Translations under genes and position numbers: made by a program
Notes under the pieces: generated by a model
What the model saw: only the letters and a program-made list of their open reading frames with translations
What the model was told of the DNA's origin: nothing
Database searches by the model: none
Shown here: positions 50,201 through 62,507 of the stretch, in pieces
How the letters are laid out: every line of letters begins with the position of its first letter
How positions within the stretch are numbered: position 1 is the first letter of the stretch
NCBI GenBank assembly: GCA_038087875.1
Contig: CM075993.1
Location: 4,218,001 to 4,282,000 of the forward strand
Direction of reading: 5' to 3'
From: Malacoraja senta
Taxonomy: Eukaryota
Length of the DNA stretch: 64,000 nt

Positions 50201-53200
50201 GCTTGCAAAAGTATTCATACCCCTTGAACTTTCCCACATTTTGTCACGTTACAACCACAAACGTAAATGTATTTTATTGGGATTTTATGTGATAGACCAA
50301 CACAAAGTGGCGCATAATTGTGGTGGAAGGAAAATGATACATGGTTTTCAAATTTTTTTACAGATAAAAAACTGAAAAGTGTGGCGTGCAAAAGTATTAA
50401 GCCCCCTTTACTCTGATACCGCTAAATAAAATCCAGTGCAACCAATTGCCTTCAGAAGTCACCTAATTAGTAAATAAAGTCCACTTGTGTGTAATCTAAT
50501 CTCAGTATAAATACAGCTGTTCTGTGAAGGCCTCAGAGGTTTGTTAGAGAACATTAGTGAACAAACAGCATCATGAAGCCCAAGGAACACACCAGACAGA
50601 TCAGGGATAAAGTTGTGGAGAAGTTTAAAGCAGGGTAAGGTTATAAACAAATATCCCAAGCTTTGAACATCTCACGGAGCACTGTTCAATCCATCATCCG
50701 AAAATGGAAAGAGTATGGCACAACTGCAAACCTACCAAGACATGGCCGTCCACCTAAACTGACAGGCCGGGCAAGGAGAGCATTGATCAGAGAAGCAGCC
50801 AAGAGGCCCATGGTAACTCTGGAGGAGCTGCAGAGATCCACAGCTCAGGTGGGAGAATCTGTCCACAGGACAACTATTAGTCGTGCACTCCACAAATCGG
50901 GCCTTTATGGAAGAGTGGCAAGAAGAAAGCCATTGTTGAAAAAAAGCTATAAGAAGTCCTGTTTGCAGTTTGCCACAAGCCATGTGGGGGACACAGCAAA
51001 CATGTGGAGGAAGGTGCTCTGGTCAGATGAGACCAAAATTGAAGTTTTTGGCCTAAATGCAAAACGCTATGTGTGGCGGAAACCTAACACTGCACATCAC
51101 CCTGAACACACCATCCTCACTGTGAAACATGGTGGCGGCAGCATCATGCTGTGGGGATGCTTTTCTTCAGCAGGGACAAGGAAGCTGGTCAGAGTTGATC
51201 GGAAGATGGATGGAGCCAAATACAGGGCAATCTTGGAAGAAAACCTGTTAGAGTCTGCAAAAGACTTGAGACTGGGGCGGAGGTTCACCTTCCAGCAGGA
51301 CAACGACCCTAAACATACAGCCAGATCTACAAAGGAATGGTTTAGATCAAAGCATATTCAGGTGTTAGAATGGCCCAGTCAAAGTCCAGACCTAAATCCA
51401 ATTGAGAATCTCTGGCAAGACTTGAAAATTGCTGTTCACAGACGTTCTCCATCCAATCTGACTGAGCTTGAGGTATTTTGCAAAGAAGAATGGGCAAAAA
51501 TTTCAGTCTCTAGATGTGCAAAGCTGGTAGAGACATACCCCAAAAGACTTGCAGCTGTAATTGCAGCGAAAGGTGGTTCTACAAAGTATTGACTCAGGGG
51601 GGCTGAATACTTTTGCACGCGACACTTTTCAGTTTTTTATTTGTAAAAAAATTTGAAAACCATGTATCATTTTCCTTCCACTTCACAATCACATAATATC
51701 CCAATAAAATACATTTACGTTTGTGGTTGTAACGTGACAAAATGTGGAAAAGTTCAAGGGGTATGAAAACTTTTGCAAGCCAGTGTATATCTGCTTTCAA
51801 AGCAATCGTCTGGAAATAAATGAGCTGAATTATATATTTCACAGTTGGTTGTTTTTAGAATGTCAGCAGCCAAGTTTCTTGAAGTGATGGCCTGAACAAA
51901 TGTGATTGTGTGGACATTAAAGCTTCACCTGGTGAAAGGTCATCAACCTAGAATATCAACCGTGTATTCTCTCCACAGACAATGCCCGGCCTATTGAGAT
52001 TTTCCAGCATTTATTGTTTTTAGTTTAGTTTATTGTCACGTATACAGAGGTAAAGTGGAAAGTTTTTATGTTGCGTGTTATTCAGTCAGCGAAAAGACTA
52101 TACATGATTAGAATCAAGCCGTCTACAGTTACAGTATAAAGCGAATAACGTTTGGTGCAAGATAAAGTCCTGAAAAGTCCGATTAAAGATTTATTACAGA
52201 TTTTCAGCATCTGCAATGTTTTGCTTTCTGATTGAAACTTGGCCTTTCGTTCTTCCAACAGTTCATGCAGTCACACTATTTTTGAACCTCCTTGCTTGCC
52301 TGGCTCAATTTATTCTTGATGCTAAGCATGGAGTCGACTTTGGCTTGGCCATCTTGTGGTTCTTGCTCTTCACTCCTTGTGCCTTCCTGTGTTGGTACAG
52401 GCCAGTTTACAAGGCTTTCAGGTAAGATGTAGTCTAGTTAGGTGTTAAATTGATTCCAACCCCACTAATGCGCAAGCTGCACCTGAAGAAGGGTGCAAAT
52501 TGATCAGCCATGTTGATCTGTTCTTCAGTATCTCCTTGAAGTTCAGAACTCACTGGCATGAAAAGGAATCAAATACCTACTTCCACTTAAAGTAATCCTA
52601 GGAATTTTCTTGGAATGAATCTTTAATGGTCATAACATTTTACATGGAAATTGTAATTAATTAATAATTTATCTTAATTTATTACATTACAATAACACAG
52701 CGCAGGCTGCTTGATCTAATCAGTTTGTCTGTTAGTTATGTCCCATTTGGAATACCAGCTGTCTGTTAGCTAATACCTATCAGTGTTAGTATTTCTTTCA
52801 ACTTTTACCTTTTAAGCATTCTCCTTAAAGCTAAACTCCGTAACCATTCCATGTCATAAGTTGCACATTCTCACTTTTCTAAAGTTCTCAAACTATTTTG
52901 TAAATAACTTTTTGGATTTGTAACTCAATTATTTTGTATTTAGTGGTTCTCACTTAACTGAAAAAAATTATTGTGTCGATCCTATCAACACAATAATTTC
53001 TCTCCAATCCCTCAATGGTTTCAAAGGCTTCCAAGTCATCTCTCTACCTTGCTAATCAAGAAGTCTCCTAACTTGATCATCGTTTCCTATTGGTTCTGAT
53101 ATTTCCCCTTTGCACCCTCATAAATGCTATTATATTTTTATTAATTTATCCAAAGTTTGTCTAATTTTCAGTGGTGAAATAATTTAAACTTATTTCCAAC

Positions 53201-56200
53201 TATAATTTCCAACAATATATTTTTTTAAATATTCCAAAGTGAGGATTGATTTTCTTTTGAGGTAGCTTATGCACAGTTATGACTAAATTTTTTAAACATC
53301 AAATCAAGACTTAGACTAAATGTTCTAAGGATACCATGACAATTCAAAATCAAATCTTGAGATCCAAAAACACAGCTAAAATTAGTGGCCTGAACTTGCA
53401 GCCAGTAGTGATCTACCCATGCTCACTGACAGGTTGCCTTTTGTGGATCCACTGTTGTGATCTACCTTTCAAAGCCATTGCATTTCGAAGTAATGAGGCC
53501 TGCTCGACAGCAAGTGTTTTGGCAAATATATTTTTTACCTGCGGCATCTGAACAGGTTTTCCAATGAAGTAGGAAACTTGGGCAGCATCTGCAGAGGGAG
53601 AAAGGAAAGGCAGTCACGATATAAGTCGATGAGCTTTAATTAGAAATGGGAAAAAATTAAAAATGCAACTACTGCTAATAAAACATCAAAGAATCAAACT
53701 TTGAAGACGCATCCCGACTCAAAGCGTCTCCCATTCATGTTCTCTGGAGCCACTGCCTGGCCTGCACAGTTACTCTAGCACTTTTGTAAACCAAGTCTGG
53801 TCAGCTGTAAACCGATTTTTAAACATTGAGAGTGTTTGTATAAAAGTAGTTTCTGAAGCCAAGGATATTCTAAATAGACAATAAGAATTAAAAATCTAAA
53901 ACAATTGGAAAAAACAACATTTCTAAACAACTAACCAAGCATAATTTATTATAAATCACCAAGGTTTTGTCCCTTGAAGCTCTATCTCAGTTTGAAAAAG
54001 AGTTGTTCATTTTCAGAGGTGCGGGAAGATTGGAAGCGTGCAAAGGGGAGAGGTGGAGAGCAATGGGGGAAGGATTGCTTTAATTTGTACCCTGCCACTG
54101 GTTTCCCTGAGCAGTCCCAACATTGGGAACACAGCTGGGAATTCGCAAAGAGCAGCCAACAAATTCTAATAACTTGGCATTCTGTATAAATCCTATATTT
54201 GGTGTTCTTCCACAGAATATTGGCAACTTGCAAAATCTGGCAAATATTCATGGAATTAAAATGCTTTGGGTAACTAAACTGTTAAAGGTACAACAATTAA
54301 TAAAAAATTGAATAGCAAAGTGTCAGAAGTACAGATATTGGAATGAGCTGAGAGGTGGTACAGATTAAACATGTCGGGTAGATGTTTCGTAAAGCCTAAT
54401 TTTTTCCCAATTGTTTTTCAGGTCTGATAGTTCATTCAACTTCTTTTTCTTCTTCTTCGTGTTCTTCTGTCAAATAGCTCTCTATGTCATTCAGGCAGTC
54501 GGCATTCCCAACTGGGGTGTCAGGTAAGCGTTTACCTTTATTGTTGTCACGTATACCGAGGGACAGTGAAAATATTTTATTTGAGTGCTATCTAATCAAA
54601 TCGGATAATACTATGCATGAATCCAATCAAGCTAAACACAAGCACAAAAGGTCGACCAAAGAGAAAGATACCAGAATGCGGAATATAGTTCCCAGCAATG
54701 TAGCGTAACAGTTCCTAGAGAATACATCCAAGTCCGTAATGAGGTCGATTGGAGAATAGGGGCTGTACCCTAGCTTATGAAAGGAACATAATTTTTATGA
54801 TGTATCAGGATGTCCATGCCGACCAGAATCAACCTACATAGTCAGCGGCCAGGCTGTAAACGTACTCTACAATGTTGGAACAAAACGTTGCATATTGTCA
54901 TATTCCGTACATTAGTTCCAAAACGTTTTCTCCTCCTTTATACATTTTTTATAAAGTAGCATGATTTTGCAATTTATTTAGAACCTAAGTCTAGTGAATG
55001 GGTTACTTCTTGCTATAACAAAGGTCCTTTAGTTCTGCAAGAAAACAATGGCATGCTGCCAATTAAACTACCTTAACTTATCTGTATTTCTTTTTGCAGT
55101 GGATGGATTGCAGCTCTCAGTTGGACATCAAGGAACATTGCTGTGTCAGTGGTTATGATGGTGGTGGCAGCATTTTTCACAGCATGTGCAGCCCTTGCTT
55201 TGTTTCTTATGCAAAGGGTAAGAATACATCCTTCAGATTATGCTTTCCCAAAACTTTGTTGCTTCAGACTTGACTATTTCTAGTATTCAATTTCTATTTC
55301 TGGCCTGGAAATCCACCTTCTAAAAGATGCATCTACTCCTGTTTGTATGCTGTTTTGTACAAACTCCATGCTCCACTCTTTGTTAAGCTGTATTAGTTTA
55401 GTTTTGAGATACAATGCAGAAACAAGTTCTTCGGCCCACCGAGTCCACGATCCCTGCACGTTAACACTATCTCACACACACTAGGGGCAACTTACACTTG
55501 TGCCAAACCTACAAACCTGTGTGCCTTTGGAGTGTGGGAGGAAACCGAAGATCTCCGACAAAACCCACGGGGAGAACGTACAAACTCCGTACACACAGCA
55601 TCCGCAGTCAGGTTCGAACCTAGGTCTCCGGAGCTGTAAGGCAGCAACTCTACCGATGCTCCACCGTGCCGCCCCTATTAGTTTCCTGTCTCACACAATC
55701 CCACTCCACCTTCCCCCCACGTTGCCTCTTTTATAATCCTGGGATCATAAAACCCTTAATGTTTTTCATCTCTATTCTCCTAACCTTTGTAAAAGGGCAC
55801 TGCCTTCTCCTTCCACTGCAGGTCCAAACAGGTTTATTGAATGGAGCTACTCTGCATAATAAGAAAAGACTACTGTATTAATTCCTTTTTCTCCAATGGG
55901 ATAGCAAGTAACATTATTGGTTTACATTGGAATACGGTCGAGTTCTTGGAAGTCAGCACCAGCAAATAGACATCTCTGTAGTTTGGAAGGGGGGGACAGC
56001 AGATTCATTAGTATGTTATCATAACTGCAAGTTAAATTGAGATTGCAGAAATCGTATTTGTTTTTCTTGTAAAGTTGGTTAAGGGTAATTTGCCAGAGGT
56101 TCTTGGTATTCAGAAAGGAATTAGAGGTGGGTAGAGAGAAACCAACTGGTGGGGTGACCACGGTGAAGGAACATTAGCTTAAAATAAAAGATATTAAGCA

Positions 56201-57124
56201 AAAATAAATTTAAGCCACAAGTGATCGAAGTATGGAACTCATCCAATCTTTCATAAGACGTAGGTGTTTTACCACGTGGCTTCAGGTGCTTTAATCTGCC
56301 ATTGCTAAATTCTTATTGTAATGGGGCTGCTGTGGGTAGATTTAGATAAAGCAAAAATCTTGCCAAACCCATGCCACCTTTGTATAGGAATTCCCTTTCA
56401 CTCTTGCCTGCAGTCATCCATCCTTGACTGCCACATTTTGGCTGTTCCCTCTAGATATATTCTTTGCCCTTCTGCTGAACCTTTTATTTAAACCCCATTG
56501 TTCCTCCAAGAACTAGATTGGGGTAGACACACAATGCTGGAGTAACTCAGCGGGACAGGCAGCAGCTCTGGAGTGAAGGAATGGGCGACGTTTTGGGTCA
56601 AGGCCCTTCTTCGGACCGAGAGTCGGGAGAGGGAGACTAGAGATATGGAAGGGTAAGGTGTGAAAATGACAGATCAAAGCGGACAATGGTCAAGGAAATG
56701 TAGAATGGTTCGTTGTTAGCTATGGAGAAAGTGGCAACAAGGCATGGAATCGGTAAAATTAATCAGGAGGACAGTGAAACTAGTTGGAGAACTAGGGTGT
56801 AGGAGGGACGGAGGGGGAAATGCAAGGGTTACTTGAAGTTAGAGAAATCATACTGCTGGGTTGTCAGATTGTGATGCTCAATTGTATTTAAAATTGACAA
56901 GAAAATGGAAGTTGCTATCGCCATATATGCAGTGTGAACCTGGGAGACTGAATTAATCTTTTCCCCCTTTCTTCCAGGTACATTCAATATTCCGCAGGAC
57001 GGGTGCTAGTTTTCAGAGAGCGCAGGAAGAATTCTCGCAAGGAGTCTTCACCAACCCCTCCGTGCGCAGTGCTGCAGCCACAGCCGCATCAGCTGCTGCA
57101 CAAAACACCTTCCAAGGAAACTAA
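25950..57124 (+). CDS. SCAMP2: Secretory carrier-associated membrane protein 2, 9 coding exons, 333 aa
   Basis: Three N-terminal NPF motifs ([26 protein letters not shown]...FNPF), coiled coil [23 protein letters not shown]-peptide [11 protein letters not shown], four TM segments, C-terminal FQGN*. All introns are GT-AG. Head-to-head with MPI as in human. Confidence 0.95.
29198..29358 (-). mobile_element. Ribozyme-headed non-autonomous retroposon, second family
   Basis: TSD AACTGTTAA (29189-29197 / 29359-29367), AAGAAGAA tail, 3' hairpin TGTTCAGCT-CT-AGCTGAACA. Confidence 0.8.
29307..29358 (-). ncRNA. Minimal HDV-like (CPEB3-like) ribozyme at the 5' end of a second short retroposon
   Basis: Minus strand: GGGGTCA-A-GGAAAGA-GCG-TTCACAT-CGT-TGCCCT-G-TTTCCA-CCAA-TCTTTCC. 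P2 is a perfect 7 bp, P3 is GCG/CGT, P1 is imperfect. Confidence 0.7.
30840..31962 (+). mobile_element. Penelope-like element, 5'-truncated (RT C-terminus, GIY-YIG endonuclease, 3' pLTR)
   Basis: [17 protein letters not shown]...[11 protein letters not shown] and [36 protein letters not shown]; the two parts are in different frames. Confidence 0.9.
35575..35944. mobile_element. PIF/Harbinger-type palindromic MITE
   Basis: AGGGCCTGTCCC...GGGACAGGCTCT, TAA TSD, arms pair over most of the length. Confidence 0.88.
36585..37020 (-). mobile_element. CR1 LINE 3' fragment
   Basis: [13 protein letters not shown]...RGHSL...[11 protein letters not shown]. Confidence 0.82.
38933..39013 (+). CDS. SCAMP2: SCAMP2 exon 2
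   Basis: ttctcag|GAT CCT TCG...AGG CTG|gtaagt; [27 protein letters not shown]. Confidence 0.93.
39656..40618 (+). mobile_element. Penelope-like element, second near-identical truncated copy
   Basis: Same GIY-YIG region and 3' pLTR as 30840-31962, with small indels. Confidence 0.9.
40526..40553 (+). ncRNA. Hammerhead-like ribozyme core in a Penelope pLTR
   Basis: CTGAAGA-A-GGGT-TTCG-GCCC-GAAA-CGTT: CUGANGA and GAAA boxes, stem II with a UUCG loop, palindromic AACGTT at helix III. Confidence 0.6.
41319..41372 (+). ncRNA. Minimal HDV-like (CPEB3-like) self-cleaving ribozyme at the 5' end of a short retroposon
   Basis: P1 GGGGTGG/CGGCCCT (one mismatch), P2 GATTGCA/TGCAATC, P3 ACC/GGT, L3 TTCACGT, G-T-TTCG-A mini-P4 region, J4/2 CTAA. 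Confidence 0.78.
41319..41457 (+). mobile_element. Ribozyme-headed non-autonomous retroposon (Vingi/Ingi/RTE-type SINE-like)
   Basis: TSD ACCTAATCCAG (41308-41318 / 41458-41468), (AAG)n tail, 3' hairpin AAGTTGT-CCT-ACAACTT. Confidence 0.8.
42261..42356 (+). CDS. SCAMP2: SCAMP2 exon 3
   Basis: ctttag|ACT CCT...CCT CAG|gtatgc; [32 protein letters not shown]. Confidence 0.9.
43179..43475 (+). mobile_element. HE1/V-SINE-like SINE
   Basis: Same family, full length, (CTAAA)n-like tail. Confidence 0.82.
46514..46856 (+). mobile_element. tRNA-derived CORE-type SINE with an L2-like tail, full length
   Basis: A box TGGCGCAATGG near 46526, B box GGTTCGAATCC at 46570-46580, core GTGTCCTTGGGCAAGACACTT, tail AAAGCGCCTTGAG...AAAGGCGCTATATAAAT then (TAT)n, TSD ATAACT. 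Confidence 0.88.
47888..47999 (+). CDS. SCAMP2: SCAMP2 exon 4
   Basis: gcag|GCC AAT...AAT G|gtagga; [37 protein letters not shown]. Confidence 0.92.
48761..48889 (+). CDS. SCAMP2: SCAMP2 exon 5
   Basis: acag|CA AAA AGA AAT AAT TGG...TGG ATG T|gtaagt; [22 protein letters not shown]...MLYYLWM. Confidence 0.95.
49344..49837 (-). mobile_element. Rex1/Babar-like LINE 3' fragment inserted in a CR1 fragment
   Basis: [22 protein letters not shown]...LQELY; CR1-type 3' sequence on both sides (49120-49343, 49838-49965). Confidence 0.7.
50196..51785 (+). mobile_element. Tc1 (DD34E) IR/DR transposon, Passport-like, in SCAMP2 intron 5
   Basis: TA flanks at 50194-95 and 51786-87. TIRs of about 200 bp start CAGTGGCTTGCAAAAGTATTCA, with an internal direct repeat near 50388. 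A transposase gene lies inside. Confidence 0.95.
50573..51592 (+). pseudogene. Tc1 transposase, 339 codons, one premature stop at codon 22
   Basis: [37 protein letters not shown]...GRPPK...WSDE...QQDND-(34)-E in SPDLNPIE...GGSTKY*; TAA at 50636-50638. Confidence 0.9.
52262..52421 (+). CDS. SCAMP2: SCAMP2 exon 6
   Basis: acag|TT CAT GCA...TTC AG|gtaaga; [14 protein letters not shown]...[11 protein letters not shown]. Confidence 0.95.
54422..54523 (+). CDS. SCAMP2: SCAMP2 exon 7
   Basis: ttcag|G TCT GAT AGT...GTC AG|gtaagc; [33 protein letters not shown]. Confidence 0.95.
55100..55217 (+). CDS. SCAMP2: SCAMP2 exon 8
   Basis: gcag|T GGA TGG ATT...CAA AGG|gtaaga; [27 protein letters not shown]...MQR. 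Confidence 0.95.
55403..55675 (-). mobile_element. HE1/V-SINE-like SINE
   Basis: Same family, reverse orientation. Confidence 0.78.
56978..57124 (+). CDS. SCAMP2: SCAMP2 exon 9 (last coding exon)
   Basis: ccag|GTA CAT TCA...[33 protein letters not shown]...FQGN*. Confidence 0.95.
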   Translation, partial: VHSIFRRTGASFQRAQEEFSQGVFTNPSVRSAAATAASAAAQNTFQGN

Positions 57125-58692
57125 AATACTGAGAATTATTTCTCAAAGCTTTCCTATTTGTACGTTCTTTATAAAGATGCACTTTCATTGGTCAATATGT
57201 GTATTTTGTGTGTCTACCTAATAAGGGGGTAAAGATATTTGGCGTTAATCAGAGGGTTTCAAATAGATGCATTGACAATATCTCTACATTTCCTACTTTA
57301 AGGAAACAGCTGCTTAACTATCGGGGGAGAAAAATACATTTATATTTATGTATGTATTTTTTTCATATTTTGTGTATGAAGAATCATTGACAAATGTATT
57401 GATTATTGGAGAGGTACATTTACAGAAAAGGGTAAATATTAACTAACTTTGACTTTTTTAATTGTCTTCATCCAATACACTGCATTTTATTAGTGTTTGA
57501 AGGTATTGATCAACACCATGTGATGTATGATGATGATCTGTGTTCTGTAGCATTACTTTAGCCTGGTGGGGAAATGTTGGGTGTGAGCAGTTTTGGGAAT
57601 GGTGGTCAGATGCAGCGCGGCTTGTTGTCATGGAAAAACTGGTGATAAAAGTCACATCAGAGGCCTCATTATGACAATACAGCGTGCATGCTTAAATAAT
57701 CTACGAAAATAGGGGTTTCTATAAAAATAGATGTTTATTTAGTTCAAAATGTTTGGCTATTTAAAGAAAAGAAATGGTATTTAAAGACACAAGCCTGGAA
57801 ATACCCTGCATGCCAAGCAGGTACTGAGAAGAGAACATGCTAGTATTTCACAGAATTGTTTTTTAATTGCACAAACAATGAGTAAACGTTAGTGTGCAAA
57901 ACATATTTATGATGCTTTTTACTGTTCAGGTGAACTTTGTTCCATTTCTGAGCAAATATCCATACATAAAGCATCAACTGGTCTATTCTCAGATGCTGGA
58001 AAAAGCCTGACTTTGAATCAGCCCTCCTAATTTGAAGAATATCATGATTTTGTTGTTGTTATTTTCATAATACATTTTCTTTAATCTGAGCTGTGTGCAT
58101 ATTTAAAGGTGTGCTTTTAGGCAATAGTAGTATTGGATGGGCATTTTTTTTTCTTCCTTCAAAATAGCAGCTGCTCAGAAAACATGCTTGAAAGAACCAC
58201 TTCAAATTAGCCCCCTTTTGAAAATGAAGTATTTCTGCGGGGTGTGAGGTGGAGCAAATATTTTTTTTTAAAGGATTTAATTGGTCAGATTTAATGTTTT
58301 CTCTGAATGTTATAGTTCACTAAATTAGTCTTAATTCACTTGGATCTTTAAAAAATCACCTCATTTTAAATGCCTGCATTTACTCATTCCGATACTGATT
58401 TTGTAAATGGTGTTGCCTCTACTATCAAAGCTCCTCTCTATTTTAGGGTTTGGGCGAGTTTAGCAGATGGTTGTGCTGACAAAATTAATAACCAGCTGTT
58501 AAATAAATTGGGGTGCCTGTGGGGGGGGGGGGGGAATACGTTGAGTTAGTTTCTAATATCTAGACTGTGTATGGTTTTTATCTTTCAAATTTCAAATCTA
58601 TTTTTTGCATTTTAACGAAACTCCCTTCAAAATAACATCGTCCTTGGGTAACAAGAGAAACCGATGATACCTGATGGTACCTTTTTTTTAAT

Positions 58693-58705
58693 CTCTCTCT
58701 CTCTC

Positions 58706-58765
<60 letters not shown>

Positions 58766-58872
58766 TCACACTCTCACTCTCACTCTCACACTCTCTCTCT
58801 CTCTCACACTCTCACTCTCACTCTCACTCTCTCTCTCTCTCTCACTCTCTCACTCTCTCACACTCTCACTCT
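58693..58872 (+). repeat. (CT)n/(CTCACT)n microsatellite in the putative SCAMP2 3'UTR
   Basis: Direct observation. Confidence 0.95.
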
Positions 58873-59521
58873 GTCTCCAGATAACTAGCTTACGTGCAAG
58901 CCCACAGGTGTGCATATTGGTTCAGACTGTGATTTAACCTCTGGGGAGTGAATGGCTCCGAACATGTTGCATCAGTCCCTTTCCAAATGTCGATATGACT
59001 GATACTCCCAGATCAAGGAAAATTTCTCCGACTTGATCCTTCAGATCCTCGAGTTTGGGTGAACAATTTTATTGTGCTCTTTGGTTGGTGCAATTGCCAC
59101 TAAAATGTTAGAATACATAGAAAATGTAGCTGCAGAATTTCTTTTTGAATTATTCACAAAGATTTCTCTTTTCCTCCCCTGCAGGTTAGTTTGGCATATA
59201 ACAGGTGCTGTACTACCAACTGAATATGAGCACATGAGCTTAGCACAAAACTAAACAGAAATGAGTGCAGTGTCCATTTAGGGACTGTCACCCTTTAGCT
59301 TCAGAGCTCTTGGTTCACACGACTTGCCTCCTTTATTTGAGTATTGTATTAAAATCATATCAAAGTGAGCTGATGTAATTTTTTTTTTGATTTTCACAAA
59401 TGTAAGTGGGATGTTCATTTGCTTGAACAAACTTTCTATTGGAATGTATGGTGTTAGCTTGTTACTGTTAATATATTAAAAAAAATATCCATGCAAATGT
59501 CCTCTAAAACATTTGTGCTCC

Positions 59522-59527
59522 AATAAA
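59522..59527 (+). terminator. Candidate SCAMP2 polyadenylation signal (3'UTR about 2.4 kb)
   Basis: AATAAA followed by a U/GU-rich tract, at the end of an AT-rich, largely transposon-free region. A second AATAAA is at 59591. Confidence 0.5.
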
Positions 59528-60624
59528 AATCTTTATCTCTTTAGTTGTTGCTCCTTGGCTCTTCAGACATGAAAATGTTTCGTGAACTGCAATAAATTTT
59601 TCCATCAAACCTAATGTCATTTCTCCCCTTCAAATATTTAAACCCAAAGGTAAAAAGGTGAGCTGAAATATATATGAATCCAGTTATCATGGGAATGAAC
59701 TTGGGGGGGGGGGGGGGGGGGAATGATAATGATTATTTGATATATAGCTGTTTTAATTCATACAATATCTCAATGCACTGTTCAGTAATTCCATATTCCT
59801 GGAATTAATTGACTGTCTCTCAGTCAAAGCTCAATTCTGTTTTATCCAGTTCAGGCAACATCTGTGGAGAGAATTCTCTCGCTGAGGTCCTCCGTCACTT
59901 TGTGTAGATGCTCAAGATTCCAGCATCTGTAGTTTCTTGTCACCTTGAGCATTTAGGGTAGGCTCGTTGCATCTCTAACTTTGAAGCTCTTGGTTCACTT
60001 TGGATTATGACCCACTGAATTGTGATATTCACACAATGGTGAAATATTGGAATTACAGTTTGTCATTTCTTTGCTGACCTTGTCTGCCAGTACTGGAACA
60101 CGCTGCCAGGGATGGTGGTGGAGGCAAATAGTGGTGTTTAAGAATCTCTTGGATAGGCATGTAGGAAGTGCAGACATGTCGGCGAGATCAGTTTAACTTG
60201 ACGTTCATATTCAGCACAAACCTTGTGGGCCGAAGGGCCCGTCCTGGGCTGCCTACTAATCTTGGGACAGTGCAGCCTTCAACTCAGTGAAATGTCCCTG
60301 AATAACAAAATGGAATGGGGAAATAGAAGGCTGAACAGAGTGATGAATGGATGAATTAGCTGCAATATGCATTCCCTCAATTAACACTGATGGTAAAGCA
60401 CCCAGAGCTGGAGTAACTCAGTGGGCCATGCAGCATTTGTGGAGGGAATGGACTCTTTATGACATTGTCCTATTACACTGCTTCTCTCTTCACTGATTAC
60501 TAAAACGTATAAATTTGAAAAGATCTGAATTGTGAAGGTGTGAAAATTAGTGCCAGAGTGTTTTCCATTGCCTATGTTGGTCAAGAGACTTTAATTAATA
60601 CAATCCTAAATTGATTGATGTATT

Positions 60625-60914
60625 TAAAGATACAGCGTGGAAGCAGGTCCTTTGGCTCGCCAAGTCCACGCCAACCATCGATCACCCATTCACACTAGTA
60701 CTATGTTATCCCACGTTTGCATCCACTCCCTGCACACCAGAGGCAATTTTATATAGGCCAATTAACTGACAAACCTCCACGTCTTTGGGACTGAGGACAA
60801 AACTCACAGAGTCACAGGGAGAACGTGCAAACTCCACACAGACAACAGCAGAGGTCAGGATTGAACCTGGGTCTCGGGCACTGTGAGGCAGCAGCACTAC
60901 CAGTTGTGCCACCC
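60625..60914 (-). mobile_element. HE1/V-SINE-like SINE (older copy)
   Basis: Same family, diverged. Confidence 0.7.
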
Positions 60915-60959
60915 TAAGTGACAAAAGGTGGTAAAGTCTAAAATGAATAATGCGGCTGC

Positions 60960-61176
60960 AAAATTCTCCCAATTTTGCTAGCCCTTGCTGTCTCCTCCCC
61001 TTCCTCAGCCCTCTGGTTGTCTCCTCTCAGCCCTCGGGCTCCTCCGCCTTTTTTCCTTTTCTTCTCCCCACCCCCTATCAGTCTGAAGAAGGGTTTCGGC
61101 CCGAAACGTTGCCTATTTCCTTCGCTCCATAGATGCTGCTGCACCCGCTGAGTTTCTCCAGCATTTTTGTGTACCT
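60960..61176 (+). mobile_element. Penelope 3' pLTR fragment
   Basis: Matches about 40404-40618. A further copy on the minus strand runs from 63910 to the window end. Confidence 0.85.
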
Positions 61177-62507
61177 GCAATTTGCTTCTCCCCTTTAATG
61201 GCAGAAGAAGCTCCAGGGCCAACAATGTGCCATCTTCTGAATCTGTAACAATCTCTGACGAAGGGTCTTGACCCGAAACGCCACCCATTCCTTCTCTCCA
61301 GAGAGGCCGCCTGTCCCGCTGAGTTACTCCAGCTTTTTGTGTCTATCTTCGGTTCGGTTTAAACCAGCGCCTGCAGTTCTTTCCTGCACAATGTGTCATC
61401 ATATCCAGCCTTGGATGGATATTTTTCAATGCAACTATGTGCAATAACTGAAATAGATTCCTTAAACTTATCTACACAAGACGTAGATAGTGAGTTATCC
61501 ACACACAGTTTAGTGGCATTTAGTAAATCTTTAGTAAAACTCTGCCCTTTCTCCCCATTGTAGCTATCTGCACCTGATAGTTTGAAAGCAGAGATACAAT
61601 CGGCTGCTGAGTGTTTCCCTTTCTGTCAGCTAATCGGTGAGCAAAATTGAAAGTGAACTACTCCAACAGTCTAAATTACTGCACAATCATTGCACTTGAT
61701 ACAACTGCAGTCAAAGGGGTGTAACATGGCTACTCTTAAATCTTATGTTGAACCGCATCTTTTTCTGATTTATACTTTGTTATGGATCGGGTCAAATTGT
61801 AATAGGTGAATCAGTATATTTATGAAATGCTTTGCTATCCAGTCAGTGAAAAGACGACATGTCTACAATCAAGCTGTCCACTGTGTACAGCTACAGGATA
61901 AAGGGAATAATGTTTAGTGCAAGAGAAAGTCTAGTAAAGTCTGATTAAAGATAGTCCGGGGTCTCCAATGAGGTAGATGGTAGGTCAGGGACGCTCTGGT
62001 TGGTGGTTGGATTATTCAGTTGCCTGATAACAGCTGGGAAGATACTGTCATTGAATCCGGAGATATGTGTTTTCACACTTCTGTACCTTTTGCCAGAGGG
62101 GAGAAGAGGGAGTGACCAGGGCGAGACTCGTCCGTAGCCTTGCCGAGGCAGCATGAAGTGTGGATGGAGTCAATGGATGGGAGGTTAGTTTGCTGGTGGT
62201 CTGGGTATCATCTGGAGGACATCCGTAACATCCGGTATATGTTATTAATGAAAGAAACGTGTAAATGAGCAAACGCGATCCATTTTGGAATTCTGAAGTT
62301 GGGTACATGTCTCTACCTGTTAAAAACCGCCAAAATGTTGAATTTATTCGCTGTAAAAAAATGTGGAAGTCGGGGTAAGTGTGAGGGACATGTACCCAAC
62401 TTCAGAATTCCAAAAGTGAAACGAAATGAAGGTAAAGAGAAGCGACAGCTGAAGGGACAACAACAGCTAAAGTGCTTGGCGAACATTGGCCGTGCAGATA
62501 TCGGAAT

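Noticed and set aside
25950..57124. SCAMP5, SCAMP1 or SCAMP3 identity
   Set aside because: The NPF-containing N-terminus excludes SCAMP4/5; the DPSVTQL and FQGN ends and adjacency to MPI fit SCAMP2.
58664..58888. Ser/Leu/His-repeat ORF
   Set aside because: Translation of a (CT)n microsatellite.
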